Source: Oikopleura dioica (Eukaryota > Animalia > Chordata). Taken from it: a stretch of DNA of 64,000 nt. Location of the stretch: assembly GCA_907165135.1 (NCBI GenBank), contig OU015569.1:6386001-6450000 (forward strand), written 5' to 3'. A program made the translations under genes and the position numbers. The notes under the pieces are model-generated. The model was not told the origin of the DNA and ran no database searches. It saw only the letters and a program-made list of their open reading frames with translations. Positions 1-13,600 of the stretch are shown here, piece by piece. Numbering within the stretch: the first letter of the stretch is position 1; each line of letters opens with the position of its first letter.

Positions 1-2570
1 ATTCTCCCAGAAATTAATTGCTACATTAAATATCTTTATTCTGATTAATCAAGCTGAAAGAATAATTGACTAGAGCCCATGATCCTTGGTGTTTAATTGA
101 TTCGCGGAAGCTGGCGGAGATGATCGAGCTTTGTGTAATCGGCAGACGCACGTTTACGAATTTTCGCATTTTTGGCGAAAGTGGGAATGGCGAAATCGAG
201 CACCGTGGCCAGAACAATGTTTCATGTTTTTGTTCGACATTGTTTTACAACGAAATGCGGTACCGCTCTTTTGTTGACTTATTTACGTGTTCCAGTCTTG
301 TCGCTTTCCTTGCTCTTGAGAAGACATTTAATTACGTGAAGAGCAAGATAGTGAAGAGCGTCTTTAGACAAATTCAAAAAGGAGTAACTTTCGTGATCGT
401 AAGATAATTAATGGCTTCTGTTTTTCGGAAAGAGAGGGAATGTTCCCCACCGTGGTGCGTAAATTGCTGCTTCTGTCACGCTGATAAGGAGGAGCGTTTT
501 CTCTCCTTCCGAGAAAAACGCATCAGCCAAAGAGTTTTCTATTATAATGGTGGAGCTTTGATTCGAAGTGCCTCAGTTCAGAACGTCTCTATAATTTTGC
601 CACTTAGTGCGCATTGTTCACATTCACGCGCGCAATTTCTCCATCGCCGATTCAGGTGTGTAATGAAACCTTTCGAGGATTTAACCCGCGCATGTCGAGT
701 GTTTAACCCTTTGACAACGGTTATTCACTACAGCTGCGCAGGGGCTGCTCTTGCTTTAAAGCATCGCTAGAACTGACCGTAGAAAGATCGTGTTGACTGT
801 TGGTGATCCAATGGGCGAATTCTGTGGGATCTAGTCGACCACTCAAGTCGTTTTCTTGAAAATGTCAGGGAGCAGCGGTGGCTCGATTCGATTTTGAGCT
901 TTTCTGGTTTTGCTATTTTGAGAAGATACTTTTCGCCAAGTGTTACCGCACGTGCATCCGGTGCTGGTCATCCATTTTCCAAAATTTTCGGTTCCATTTC
1001 CGCCCCTTTTGAAGCATCGCCTAATCGGATGGAACGTACGCAACTACAGCCATCCGCCAATTTCTGCATCATCCCAAATACCGTTTTTCCCTGAATACTC
1101 ACTTACTTCACTGTCGGCCTTATGCAAATTTTCACAGAGCAGTCGCCCGAATTTTGCATAATTATGAATCGAAAATGTTTTGACGCTGAAGTTGTTTTCC
1201 AGCGCTGCTGCTGCTGCTGGAAATGCAGCGACACATTGCAGATTATGTCTTCGAGGAAAGGAGCTAGTAATTGTCCAAAAAGTCGCGATTTGGGACAGAT
1301 TCTTCGAGTGCCCGTAGCAAGTGGCTCCGTTTTTCCGTACCATTCAAGAGCTGAAGGCGCCGACCGCTGGTGAATTTTGTGAATTTGTTGAGAATAATTT
1401 CTCAACAGCACAAACAGCACCTCCACCACCGCCCAAAGTTTCTTAATTAGCTTATTATTAATGGAATTGTCAGTCGCCTTCTTTCGTCAGCGTCTGAGGG
1501 TCTCGAAGTTTACGATAAGTGATATAGGCAGACTAGATAAGGGCCGGCGTGGAATCTGTATCTCAAATTCGGTATGCAAATTTGATAAGAACAATAGTTA
1601 TCTCCCCGAGCGGCAATTTTTGTTTTCGCCGAAATGAAGATGAAAGTAAACGTAACACCGAAAATCGAAGTGCAGCTTCCGATAATGACATTTGATCGAG
1701 AAAAAAAATGAATTTTTGATTATAGGCGCCCCGTGAGAAGTGCACAGTGAGGGAGATCTCGTTCGAAATGAAATTTGTTCAATTTTGGATCTCGACTCGC
1801 ATGGAAATTTATATTTGATTGCGACCGGCCGGAGTGAAAGTTTGACTTTGTTTTTATCGAAATAAGTCGCAAGTGCAAAACTTTTTTAACTGCATATAGT
1901 TAAGGTAGTGCTTTAGAAGTCTGTTGGATGTTTTTATGACTTTTCAACCGCTCAAAATAGCCTGGAAATCAGCTCGTTTGAAAACTGATTATCGTAGCCG
2001 ATCTCTTTCTTTCCAAAATTACACATATTTTCACTTGTAACAGTAATGGAAAAGAAATTATCAGTAAAACGTTCGCCCTAATCTCACGTCAGATAAGAAT
2101 AGAAAAATAAAGGCGTTTGTGTCTTATTCTTTTGCGTAACTTTTAAAATGCCAGGCTCCAGGATAGAAACTAGAGAAAAAGAAACGTGTCCACTCTTTTT
2201 AATCGTTAAAAATTTCGAAAAAATATTGCCGGAATACTTTCCGAAATCCGGCTTGAGTGTGTTTGCCAAATACCCTCAGAAGAGGTTTTAGAGCGGCTTG
2301 ATAGAGTGAGGGCAGAAAGAAAGTGAAAACTTGCAGAGGTGATCGAATCCGGAGTTTGCTTCTCTACCGGAGTTCTCGGCGTTAATTCTGAGCCGGAAAA
2401 AATAGTGCCATTTTATCGGGCTCCAAGTGAGCACTTCCCACGAAGCACCATCAGACGAGGGCATTAGCCGACAAAGCTCAACGATAAGGGTCGGATTAGC
2501 TGCCCCAGAAGAGTCCGCTCTTCGAGAATTTATAGCGAATACTGTGTTTTGAAGCGTTTCTTCAGATAGA

Positions 2571-5173
2571 ATGCGGCTGAGACTGCTGCTGCTCTTCCAG
2601 CTGGTCTTCTCATGTCCCGATGAATGCCGGTGTGACACAAGACGCAAGATCGTCTTCTGTAACGACAGAAATTTTAATTCCATTCCTGCCGGCATTCCAT
2701 CCGACACAAAGCAACTCCATTTACAGGTAATTATATCATCTTGTGAGTCATAGAAACAAAGTGAAAAATTCAGGAGAACGAGCTCTTCGACGATGACGAG
2801 TTAGATCGCCTTTTGAAGCGTTTGACAAGTTTAGAAAGTCTGAAGCTCTTCAACAACAAACTAACACGCGTTCCAAGGCTCAACTCGAAAGTGCTTCGCG
2901 AGATCTACATCAACCGAAACAGGTAATACCAAAGTTTTCAGCGTTCAAAATTTATGACCAACACATTCAAGAATTGAATAAATTCAGGAGGAAAGATAAA
3001 AACGGAGGGCTGGACACGTCTTTTGCGTCAGTTTTAGACGTTTTTTCCAGATGTGTGTTTCAGATTAAAATTTATCGAAACAGTTTCCGTGAACCAGAAA
3101 TTTCCATTTGCAAGATGGTGAACACTGTACCTCACAATAATTTTTTTTTCTTTTTAAATTCAATTTGTACCTTTATGCCGCCCATTCTTCACGAAAACTG
3201 TGGCCAGAAAACGGCAAATTCAATTTCGACACCTGTTGACAGGGGAATTCATAATTATGCGCAAGGATAGCGCCGGGATAATTGTTTTTAAAACTTGGAT
3301 GAGCGTTATTTGCGGAGTGATGTTTTTGAAATGGCTTGATTGATTTATTCAGAATATCCTCCGTCACGAGCAGCTCATTTGAAAACTGTCCGAAGCTGGC
3401 GGTGATTGTGCTTGACGAGAACGAACTCACAAGCGAGTCGATCGAGGCTGGAGCTTTTGCATCGCTTACAGAATTGCGAAGAATCAGCTACGCTCGGAAT
3501 AATGTTGAAGTATTTCCAGCCGGAATGCCTTACTCTTTGAAAGAAATCTACGCGCCACATAATGGAATGGCAAAAATACCTGCGACAACGCTGAGTCAAC
3601 TCATGAACGTGGAAGTCCTTGATTTGAGCCACAATCAGTTGACTGACGAGTCCTTCGGAGGAGAATCGTATGGCCTCGCCAATTTGGTCAATTTGCGAAA
3701 GGAACAGTTGTGATACGCATTCCTATGAAATTTTGATAAGGAATATTCCTTCTTAATTTTGAAACTGAAGACATAGAAGAGTAAAACTTATCATAACTTT
3801 TTGAAGATCTATCTTAGTTACAATCGACTGCAACATTTTCCAAAGCATCTCTCATTTACAACAGAGTCAGTGTATTTGAACGCAAACCAGCTTACCGCTA
3901 TTGCGATGACCGATATTGAACATCTTACTAATCTGAGAATGCTCGATCTCGCGCACAACCAACTATACTCTATCGAGCCTGGAACTCTACGAAATCTGAG
4001 AAGCCTCACCAACATCGATCTTTCAGGTTTCTATTTGAATAGAAACTACACTTTGCTACGTAAAATCCTATTGAATTGAGTTAAAATTCGTCTCGCTTAG
4101 ATTTTCAATTAGATTTCAAACTTATTTTCCCTCAACCATAGCGCTCAATTTTCGATTTGTAGGAAATAATTGGTGGTGCGATTGTTTCTTGCTGGATCTT
4201 TGGGAGTATTTAAAATCATCTGGCGTGCATCATGGAGCACAAGACTCTCCAAAATGCCGGGATCCTCGCAATTCTGCGCTACGAATCGACGAGCTCAATC
4301 AAAGTGATTTTGAATGTAGCCCGATCGAATTCGGATTGCTCAAAGAAAACGGCAACATCAAATTGGAAATAAACGAGTTCGACATGCCATCTTCTCCCGA
4401 TGTTAGAGTGCATCTTCAAAATATACAAGGTTTGTAGAGAAAATACTTATCTCATTAATAAATTGATTTTAAGGAAACCACTCTGTTTCCATGGTTCTTA
4501 CGGAAGCTTCAACGGTTTTGAAGACGTTAGAACCATCGACGGCTTATAGGATCTGCCTCTACAATTTTTACGCCATGGAGAGCTCTCGCCTCCCTGAAAG
4601 CATGTGCAGTCTAATTCACACGCCTTACAGCCAGGAGGTGGACTATTCGGCCACGATGGAAGCGATTCCACGATCGAGACAGCTCGAGCTTGTTGTCGGC
4701 ATCGTGACTGGTCTCATTTTGATGACGGTTATTCTTGCTGTGTACTTCGTATGCTGGAGAAATGGTCATCTCAGCGATCACAAAAAATATCACTCACCGC
4801 TTGGTTTGACAACTCATGACAGCTTTTTTTTAACTTTATTTTAGCACAAAGCCAGAATTTTTTGCAGAGCAGATCCCTCGATCGCAAAGCTGCATTTACT
4901 GGTGCTCACTCGACAACATCAACGACCTTCCAGCTCGCATCAATCACTTCGCCTGGGCTAGAGCTTACAGCTGATGCATCGAAAGAGTTCGATGTTACTC
5001 TGATGCTTCGCAATCCCATGATCCCCGATCCGAGAAGTAGTTTTCACAGTCACGGAGCTTGCTCGTCTGACAACACATCAGACGGTGCATATCATACTAT
5101 GACCTCATCTGTACACCACCACCATTCGGTCCCTCATCATAATAGGGCTGAGAGTATCGGTGTCTTCGTCTAA
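2571..5173 (+). CDS. FLRT: FLRT-family leucine-rich repeat / FN3 transmembrane protein (spliced, 7 coding exons)
   Basis: Signal peptide plus LRRNT (CPDECRCD...CNDRNFNSIPAGIP), serial LRRs (SIEAGAF, NLVNLRKIYLSYNRL), LRRCT (GNNWWCDC), an FN3-like segment (LEPSTAYRICL), a TM helix (LVVGIVTGLILMTVILAVYFVCW) and a cytoplasmic tail. Exons: 2571-2726, 2774-2922, 3353-3701, 3807-4026, 4163-4429, 4474-4803, 4845-5173. AATAAA near 5193. Confidence 0.88.
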
Positions 5174-5334
5174 ATGTCACCTCTGTCGATAAATAAAAAT
5201 AACCGTCATGCCCTGTTTCAAGTTCAATATTCGACCCTAATTTTAATAAAAAATTTCCGGTATGTTCAATAGTTGTTGTACTCATGCATTTGGATTGCGA
5301 GATAGCGTGGTGCTTAGAATAATTTATTTGAGCT

Positions 5335-5813
5335 TTAAAAAGTAATAAGATCTGGGCAATGCTGAAGAGCAAAAAGAAGATTTTCATCGTCCAAGCCAGA
5401 GCTATTTGCGATGTTTTCAATGATTTCTCCATAACCTTTGTTCAGTTTTAGAAATGCCAATGACAAAGAATGACCTCTATATCAGTGAATTATAAACTGT
5501 TCCTGGAGGAGACTCGTCGGAGTCAGAATCAATTGAAATACTGTCGTACGCGGGAGGGCTGTCAATGGGGAAGGATGAAGCATCGAAGAGAGTAGCATCT
5601 TCAGTTTCCCCGGAAAGTGTTTCTCTTCTGGCGTTCTCTAACACATCTTCTTGAACCCCCATACATATTGAGAGGCCTGCAAAAGAGTCTAATTTTAGAA
5701 TAATCATTTAGTAATAGCGTGGATAACCCTTGTCGATATCAGCTCTTTCCTGAAGTCATCCAGTCAATAAACTTGAATCGGATTCTCTTAAGCCCATTTA
5801 CAAAAAATGCCAT
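5335..5813 (-). CDS. Small acidic protein with two PPxY motifs (116 aa, 3 exons, orphan)
   Basis: Exons 5813-5750, 5688-5503 and 5435-5335 total 351 nt and give one open frame: MAFFVNGLKRIRFKFIDWMTSDSF...SPPAYDS...ESPPGYGEII...CPDLITF*. Both introns are AG|GA...AG. AATAAA follows the stop. Confidence 0.55.
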
Positions 5814-6068
5814 TTTCGATGAAATTTCGATCTACTGCTTTTGCATGTTTTTTGCTTTTGCCTGATTTTTATCAATTTATGTGAGGCGAAAAAGCTGATC
5901 GAAGAAATTGTAAAAATGTTTCAATAACAGTTCCTCTCTTTCCATCGAATAAGAACAGTTATCAACTCGCTAACAGATAATGAGATCGGAAGAAGATCCG
6001 CCAGACATTCCGAAAACATAAAATTCGCCTGATGCAAAAAAAATATTATTGCCAATAATCATCTAGCA

Positions 6069-6335
6069 ATGTCACGTCGGGTAGGCGTCCTTTTGGACAG
6101 ATTTGAGTATTTGATGACACGAACCTATGATGAAAACAAGGATGTAAAATTGATTCCGCTGCAGCAAGTTCCTGACAGCAACTACTCAATGGGCCGCTAC
6201 CAAACATTCGAACGAATCCGACGAAAAAAGGTAAGTAGGAGCCTGGACTTCCAGCTTCGGTGTCGACGACTCTCAATAAACCAAAGAAAGACGCCAAATA
6301 ATATCAGGAAGACGCAGAAACCTACAAAGCTTTGA
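6069..6335 (+). CDS. Hypothetical small protein (3' end uncertain)
   Basis: ATG-initiated ORF MSRRVGVLLDRFEYLM... A strong donor (AAG|GTAAGT at 6231) suggests splicing, and AATAAA lies near 6353. No family recognised. Confidence 0.3.
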   Translation: MSRRVGVLLDRFEYLMTRTYDENKDVKLIPLQQVPDSNYSMGRYQTFERIRRKKVSRSLDFQLRCRRLSINQRKTPNNIRKTQKPTKL

Positions 6336-6597
6336 ACACGCCTCTCTACTCAAATAAAACATTGTTATCGGCAACTGTTTTAGCTGATGATAAATATGAC
6401 TTGTTTAGGGTCATGTTCATATAGTATTTTATTTTTTTAATTTTCGGATTTGGTTGAGTAACAGAAAGGAGTCGTTTTGGTGAACAAAGAACTAAAGTTT
6501 TTCACAGACACAGGCAACACTTGGGTGAACTTTTTGTCTTGCGCGGAATATCGGCAACAATCACATGGAAAAATAGAAATAGAGTCATCAATTATGC

Positions 6598-8102
6598 TTA
6601 ATACGAGTGGTTGGCAACGAAGAGGGATTCAGAGGCGGCTCCAGAAGCTTCTTCACCTTCGTATTTGCCGAGGGCAGCGAGTTTGTTTGAAGTGGCTCGG
6701 TGCATCAGGGTCTTCTGAGCGTTGTTGACGTTCTCGGGTTCAGTCTTTCCCTAAAATACCGTTGAAATATGTTATTAGGCTCTATCTCTTCAAAACTCAA
6801 AATATTTTCGATAAGGGAACACATGCGTTAATGGGAATCTCATGCGATAAAGCAGAATAAGAACTCAAATGTACTTACGAATCCTTGCTACAAAATAAAC
6901 GATTAGTTTTGTCTTTGATTGATGTCGAAGTTATAGTGATAGCCCAATCTATTAATCTAGTGCTAATTTTAAAGGTACTTACACCCCATGCTTTGAGGAC
7001 AGAAGCCTGAAGGGCTCGGCCGTAAGAGAAAGAGATCTTCCATGGTCGGAGCTCCTGAGGAAGCACGTTCATCGAGTTGAGGTTCTCAGTAGCCTGGAGC
7101 TCAGTCTGACCGCCAGAGAGGAAGGTGACACCTTATTAAAAGTGTTAATCTCTAGCAACAAGAGACTTATCTAACCTGGCATGGCTGGTGGCACGGTTCG
7201 TCGAAGGGCAGTAACAGTAGCGTTAGCAATTTCAGCAGAAGTAGCCTTCTTGGGGCAGTCGAGACCTAGATTAATATTGTTAAAATGAAGATAAGACTGG
7301 CATCGTTTACCTGGAGTGACCATGTTTGGCTTGAGGAGGGTTCCTTCAAGGTAGACGTGGTGATCGCTGAGAGCCTTGTAGACGGCGGCGAGGACGCGCT
7401 CGGTAACTTCCTGGCAAACTTCGATTGTGTGGTCACCATCGATAAGGATTTCGGGCTCGACAATGGGGACAAGTCCCTCAGACTGGCAGATCGAAGCGTA
7501 TCGGGCGAGGACATTGGCGTTCTCGAGGATACCTCAAAGGGAATATTCTAATATGAAACATGGAAGCGCCTTACCCTGGGGAGAGGGAGTTCGGCCGTTG
7601 TCCTGGATTCGGAGGACGCATCGCCATTTGGCGAAGTCGCAACCGTCGGCCTTGTATTGTTTGCATCGCTCAGCAAGTCCGTCAAGACCCTGAGTGGTAC
7701 CCTCGTTCTGGGATCCGAAGAGTGGGACGACACCCTTGTCGACCTTGATTCCGAGAAGAATGCCTCGAGAGGTCAAGCTGTCGACGAGTCGCTTTCCTTC
7801 GTTGTCCTTCTGGTAAAGAGTCTCGTGGAAGAGGATGACACCACCGATGGATTCTTCGAGTCCCTTAGGGGTGGTAAAGAGGATCTTTCTGTAGGTCATT
7901 CTGTTTTCTTCGTTGTTCTCGACTCCAATGGAGCTGAATTTGTGAGCAACTGAAGTTCTACCCTCTCTATTTACCTGAGTCGCTTTCCAATGGTGCCGGT
8001 GGACTCGTCAGCGGCGAGGATACCCTTACCATTGGCAACGATCTGTTTGGCGATTCGGGCAAGCTCGGCTTGGAGTTCGGGGGAACCAGCTGGTGGAGCC
8101 AT
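6598..8102 (-). CDS. ALDO: Fructose-bisphosphate aldolase, class I
   Basis: Spliced motifs [94 protein letters not shown], and C-terminal SLFVANHSY* with the conserved Tyr. Confidence 0.97.
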
Positions 8103-8120
8103 CTCTTGTTTTTATTCAAT

Positions 8121-8127
8121 CTGAAAG
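8121..8127 (-). promoter_or_regulatory. Candidate SL trans-splice acceptor upstream of aldolase
   Basis: CTTTCAG lies 18 nt upstream of the ATG. The trans-splicing role is inferred from the presumed taxon; it could instead be a 5' UTR cis-intron acceptor. Confidence 0.4.
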
Positions 8128-9036
8128 TTTGAGTTTACTTCTCTTTGCAGAAGTAATGAACAGATTTGGGCACATTGGGGGACTATAAACGTTTGCCTCT
8201 GATGTAACCCGCAGGCACATGCCCGATGGGCGAAGCCAAGACGCAAAGTTATGCAATAAACATGAGTTGAGGTTGACAGATAAGGTAACAAAGTTATTTT
8301 CCGTAATTGGCAACGGAACTGATTTTATAATTGCAAAATTTGAATCATAAATTTTTGCATTAAGCGATTAAATAAACAAATGAGCTCTTCAGCATTGAAT
8401 AATAGTAGAATTTCTCTATCTCTAGAATTTCATTTTAACTGCAATTCCTCTCTTTTCCCAGTCGGCGTCTTATCCCACCCATTTCTCCACCAATGGGCGT
8501 TTTCTTTCCTTTCCTCGGGTAATGCTAAAAATTCGAAAACATTAGTGCCCCTGGTTTTACGCTAGCTTGTGACCCGTATTTCGTAAAATTCATAAAGCAC
8601 CGTTCACGTTAAAACGGCTCCACTCAATGTTTCAAATATTTGTCTGGATGGGCGGAGGAGAACGTTTTCGAAATATGGCCCGACAGAACCTGTACAGTTC
8701 GGAATGAGAACATAAAAGAAATCAAGTTCTAGAAGTCATTTATGAAGATAGCGAAGAACTCATAAAAATTGATTAAAATGTAACGATCAGTACGATTTAT
8801 TCGGGACCTTCTCAAGTTCAAAGCTAAACTTGGTATTCGGTTCAGCGTCATGTTTGAACTAAACACTGCCATAATGAACTTGGAGAAATGCTGCTTCGCT
8901 GACAGAGTCAATTTCTCTTAATGACGAGAAGAACGATAGATTTGCCGATAGCAATCAGAAGCAGTTGGCTCGGCACTCAACCGGTTGCGCATTTTCAGTT
9001 TTGTTTCTCACGAAAAGAGAACGCTGATTTGGAGAG

Positions 9037-10087
9037 ATGAAACTTACACGCGCTCTTCTCAGGTTTGAACATTACAATGTATCTTTCTCCTCTGAACCTA
9101 ACTATAGCTGCCCTAAATTTCCAGCCTTTCGTAAAGCTTCTACAGTGGAGCCCTTTGTCGAGCCAGTTTACGTCGAAACCCGACGAAGCTACGGAGGAAA
9201 TGGTGCGTTAAAATTGAGTAGAGAAACTAAATCAATTGTAGACGTTTTCATGCTGCGTTTGAACCGCCCTTTCAAGCAAAATGCAATCAACACTTTCATG
9301 GTCGAGCATCTTATTGTGGCGCTCAAAGTCTTCCAGCAACGTAATAGCTCCGACGCGGCGATCCTCTACGCGAAGGGCGAGGACTTTAGCCTCGGATACG
9401 ATTTGTGGCATTTCGACAAGCTCTTCTGCGTACGAGTGCAATTTCATAAAGCCCAATTTAATTTGCCATTCAGAACACGGAAGCACTGATTGACAGTCTC
9501 AAAATCAAGAAAATAAAAGCATCAAAGTGTCCTACTTCAAAAGCTTGCCAAAAACCAATTGTCACTGCGATTCATGGCCGCTGCGCGAACGGAGGGCTAG
9601 AATTGGCCCTCAACTCTGACTCAATTATCGCTTCTGACGACGCTGTCTTTAGTCTCCTACAGGTAAAATCCAAGTGACCCTATTTTCTAATGCTAGCATA
9701 GTACCAAATCGGACTACCCCTCATCGACGATGGACCGCAGCGCATTGCTGAAATACTCGGAGTCGACAAAACCATCGAAATGATTCAAAAGGGCACAGAA
9801 TTCTCCGCCCAAGAAGCACTGGAGCTCAAGTTGATACAACAAGTTGTGTCGAAGGATGACCTCCAAGAAGCGGTGAAATGCGTCTATACTTATTAAATAA
9901 AGAACTGGTTTTTAAGGCGTTCGATGCTGCGAGCACAATTTCGAAGAATAAAGGTCCCTTCAACGAGTCCTCAGTGTTCCGCACTGTCTACGCTGAGCTG
10001 GAGAAGAATGATGCGCTCGACTTAGTGATCAATCAGTCTTCCGATCTCTTCAAAATTCGCAAAGCGGCAGAAAGAGTTGCTTTCTGA
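9037..10087 (+). CDS. Enoyl-CoA hydratase/isomerase (crotonase) family protein, divergent
   Basis: Spliced segments LRLNRPFKQNAIN, KGEDFSLGYDL, KPIVTAIHGRCANGGLELALNSDSIIASDDAVF and FSAQEALELKLIQQVV match the crotonase-fold consensus. Confidence 0.85.
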
Positions 10088-10659
10088 TATTTCTACTCTG
10101 CTTCCTTTCTATGCGAGGCTAATAAACTTAATTCATTCATGCATATAAGGGTTGACGTGGATTTGTTGTGGATTGAGCGCAATTTTATTATTTTATATCA
10201 TACAGAGCAGTTAATTTAAGCACTGCGTGCTCGTAGTGAAAGATTACTGTTGGCTGAAGAATGAAAACATCACAGGAGAATTAAAGTTTCATTCGCGGCG
10301 GCTGAGTTCGGACTCGATGTTTTGCGATAGTTAGCGAGTAGTAGCTATCCGGTACAGTGGAAACGCACAGTAGGAAAGATCAGTGAGTAGTAGCGAAGGA
10401 GTACGGTTACTCGTTGGATTTGTTCAAGGCGGAAGAAATTATTTTATATTAGAAGGAATGTTGAATTGGAAAATTTCTACAGCGACGTGAGAAACGTCGC
10501 CTTTCATGGGGAACATTGCTGTGGAAACATGCTGATATATCTGTACCAGAACGGAATAAATACAGTGTGATAGTAAGATAGGCGGTAGGGTAACTTCTCG
10601 TAGCAAGATAAATTATATCCCAAAGAGGTAAATGTTTTGTTATTTTTAAATACTCATCG

Positions 10660-13600
10660 TTAGATAGTAGTAATCTCCATTTGGCCGCTTTTAGACGCTT
10701 CTGCGATGCGAAGACGAGCTTGAAGAGAGGCGATTTGCTTGGAAAGGTTCTAAAGAAGAGATTATAGACTTGAACTCTGTGCTGAGAAAGTACTGTTAGT
10801 TCTTCATCTTTGGCTGAACACTCGTCACGGAACTTTCTTTTCTCGTTTTGAGCTAGATCAAGCTCGCTTTCGGAAATGTCAAGTTGCTGCTTCATGGATT
10901 TCAGTCGAAGTTCGAGCTTTAAGTTAACGTTTGTTCTTGAAAAACTGACCATTCTCTTACCACTTCGTTGTTGGCGTTATTTTTACTGGAGGAGTTTTCG
11001 GCTTGGGACAGAACATGGCGCAGTTTTTGCTCCGTTTTCTTGTGCTAAAATGTAGTCATGGCAATAATTGTCGACAAGTGATTGATACCTGTTCCATGAT
11101 AATCTTCAATTCCTTCGTTTCATCTTGAAGACGCTTTTCGAGATCATCGCACTTTTTCTTCCACTCTTGCAGTTCTAAAGAAAGAGATCGTCTACTTCTT
11201 TCTCAAGTTGTAAATTACCTTTGTCTGCGAGTGACTTGACGGCTTTTGAATCAATTTGCCCGTGGCTTATTTGATTTGCTTGTTTTTCGGCTTCTCGCTG
11301 GGCAAGTTCCACCTTTTCGAAAACAATAATAACTCTGGATCTGTTTTAGAATAACGTACCTGACTCTTAAGGATCTCAATCTCGTCCTCTTGCGTAGCGA
11401 TAACTTCTTTTTGCTTTTCTATGTCGACAAAGCACTCATCGCGCTCGCCCTTGAGTTCGTCATTTTCTAGCTCTACCGTGGCCAGCTGGCTCGCGATGTG
11501 ATCGAAGCGAGTTTGAAGATTTTCTTTCTCCGCCATTAAGTCAGCAAGCTCATCCTCATTCTCGTCTTTTGACGCCACAGTGCCTAAAATGAATAATCAA
11601 AAAGCCGTTAAGCGAGTTATGTTGCATACCTTCTAGGCGACGTTTAAGGCGCGTCACTTCGGATTGCGACTCGAGTAATTTGTCTCTTAGTTCCCTGATG
11701 AGGGAGGCGGTCTCCTCGATAGTCGTGCCCTGATCGTTCTTTGCTTTGCGCGTGTTTTCATATCGCTCCTCAAGCAGCTCATATTTTTCCTCGATATTGT
11801 CTAGGTCTGACTCTAGAACTTCCTTTTCGTTCTTGAGCTTGGCGACTTCTTGGTCTTTTAGCTGAAGTTGTTTGCGCATTGTCTCGAACTGGCTCCGAGT
11901 GTCTGTCATATAGCCTTGCATTTCGTTCAGTGCCGCGTCTTCTGACTGCTTTTGAATATTGTCAAGTTCCTCGATGACCTCTTTTTGCTTCAAAATCGTT
12001 TCCTCTGCAGAAGCAATTTTGCGATCCTTTTCTTCAAGTGCTCTTCGCATTCTGAAAAGTTCCTTTTCGAAGTTTTTGTGATCTCCCTCAACGAGTTTAG
12101 CCTGGCCTTCGATATTTCGATGTTCCTGGTTCCTTACTGCATCTTGAAGTTCATCGTTTCGATGTCTCTCATCTTCGAGCTGCTTTTTCAGCGCAGCGAT
12201 TTTTCGCCGTGCTTCGGCGTCACTACCAGGCTGCATCTTGATCTGAGCTTCCAGCTCTCTTTGGATACGTGCAACGCGAGCTTCCGCCTGAGCAAGTTGT
12301 CGTGATTTTTCGTCGATAGTTTTTGTGAGACGATCGACTTCAGGTTGCAAGTCTGGAACCTTTCCACCAGACATGCCTTCCAGTTTAGTCGCAAGACCTT
12401 TGTATCGCTCGTCAGCAGCCGCTAATTGGACTTGCAGCTTCTCAACTCGATTCTCAGCATTATCTTTAATGATAGTCTCGTCGTCAAGATTCTCCCGGAT
12501 CTTTTGGTTTTCTCGCTCGAGGGTTGTCATCAGAATTGACTTCTCATGTAGGATATCTTCGAGCTCCGAAATCTTGTCGTTGGCTTGATTGAGGACTTCA
12601 GTTTTAGCTTGAAGCTCGAGTTCAAGTTGGTCGCGTCGACGAGCTTCTTGGCCTTTTCGTGTTTCACTCGCCTTGACGATCCCTTGAGATTTTCGCAACT
12701 CCGATTCGACAAGAACCACTTTTTCTTGAGCTTTGTCCAGATTTTCTGTGAGTCGACGATTAGCACGTACCTTTTCGTCGAGCTCTGCTTGTAACTCAGC
12801 TAGCTTGACATCGGATTCGGATTGATTGCTAATTTTCCTTTCAAGGTCGCGAATCTTTCGCTCAGCCTCACGAAGCTTTCGCTGGATCTCTTCATTCTCC
12901 AAGCTCGTATCGAAGCGCTCTTTTTCGATGCTTCTCTTTGTTTGATTCAACTCCCGGATTTGATTGAGGAACTTTTGGTTGTCGTCGTCCAACTTGCGAT
13001 ATTTCTCGTCGAAGCCTTCGATTTTGCGATCTTTCTCTTTGAGCGCGAGTTCGTTTTGCGACTTGAACTGATCAAAGAGCCGCTTTTGATTCTCAAGGTC
13101 AAGGATTTTGTTGAGCTGTTCTGATCTCCGTTGTTCTGTATGCTCAATTTCTTCTTCAAGCGAGGCAATTTTACTTTTGAAGCCAACAATGTCCTTTTGC
13201 CTGTCTTCAATTTGTCTACGCATTTCTTGCACTTGCTCCCGCGAGGCGTCCTCCATGGTATCGATCGCGATTTCTTTTTCATGTTTGATACGCTTGAGAC
13301 GATTGTTTTCTTCTTCCTGCCTGGCGAGTTGATCTTCCGTTTGCTTCAAGTTTGTCTTAAGATTCTTGATCTCTGTCTGAAGCCGGGAGATTTCTGAAGT
13401 TTGTGATTTAACACGATCCTCGTTTTCAACAGTTGTTTGCGAAAACTCTTGAACGCGTTGATCCATCTCTTCAAGTTGCATTCGCAAGCGGCGTTCTGAG
13501 TCCTGTAAATGGATCATACATTGTCAAATTTTACAAAAGATGTTCAATAGGAAGACCCATTCCTTAGAGGTGTCAAGCTCGCTCGTTCGCTCTTCTAGCA

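Noticed and set aside
1203-1219. (GCT)5 tract giving poly-Cys/Gln/Ala in three track ORFs
   Set aside because: Short microsatellite in apparently non-coding DNA upstream of FLRT, with no supported gene.
1-2570. Many 60-120 aa ORFs on both strands
   Set aside because: No motifs or consistent splice model; most likely FLRT upstream regulatory or UTR sequence.
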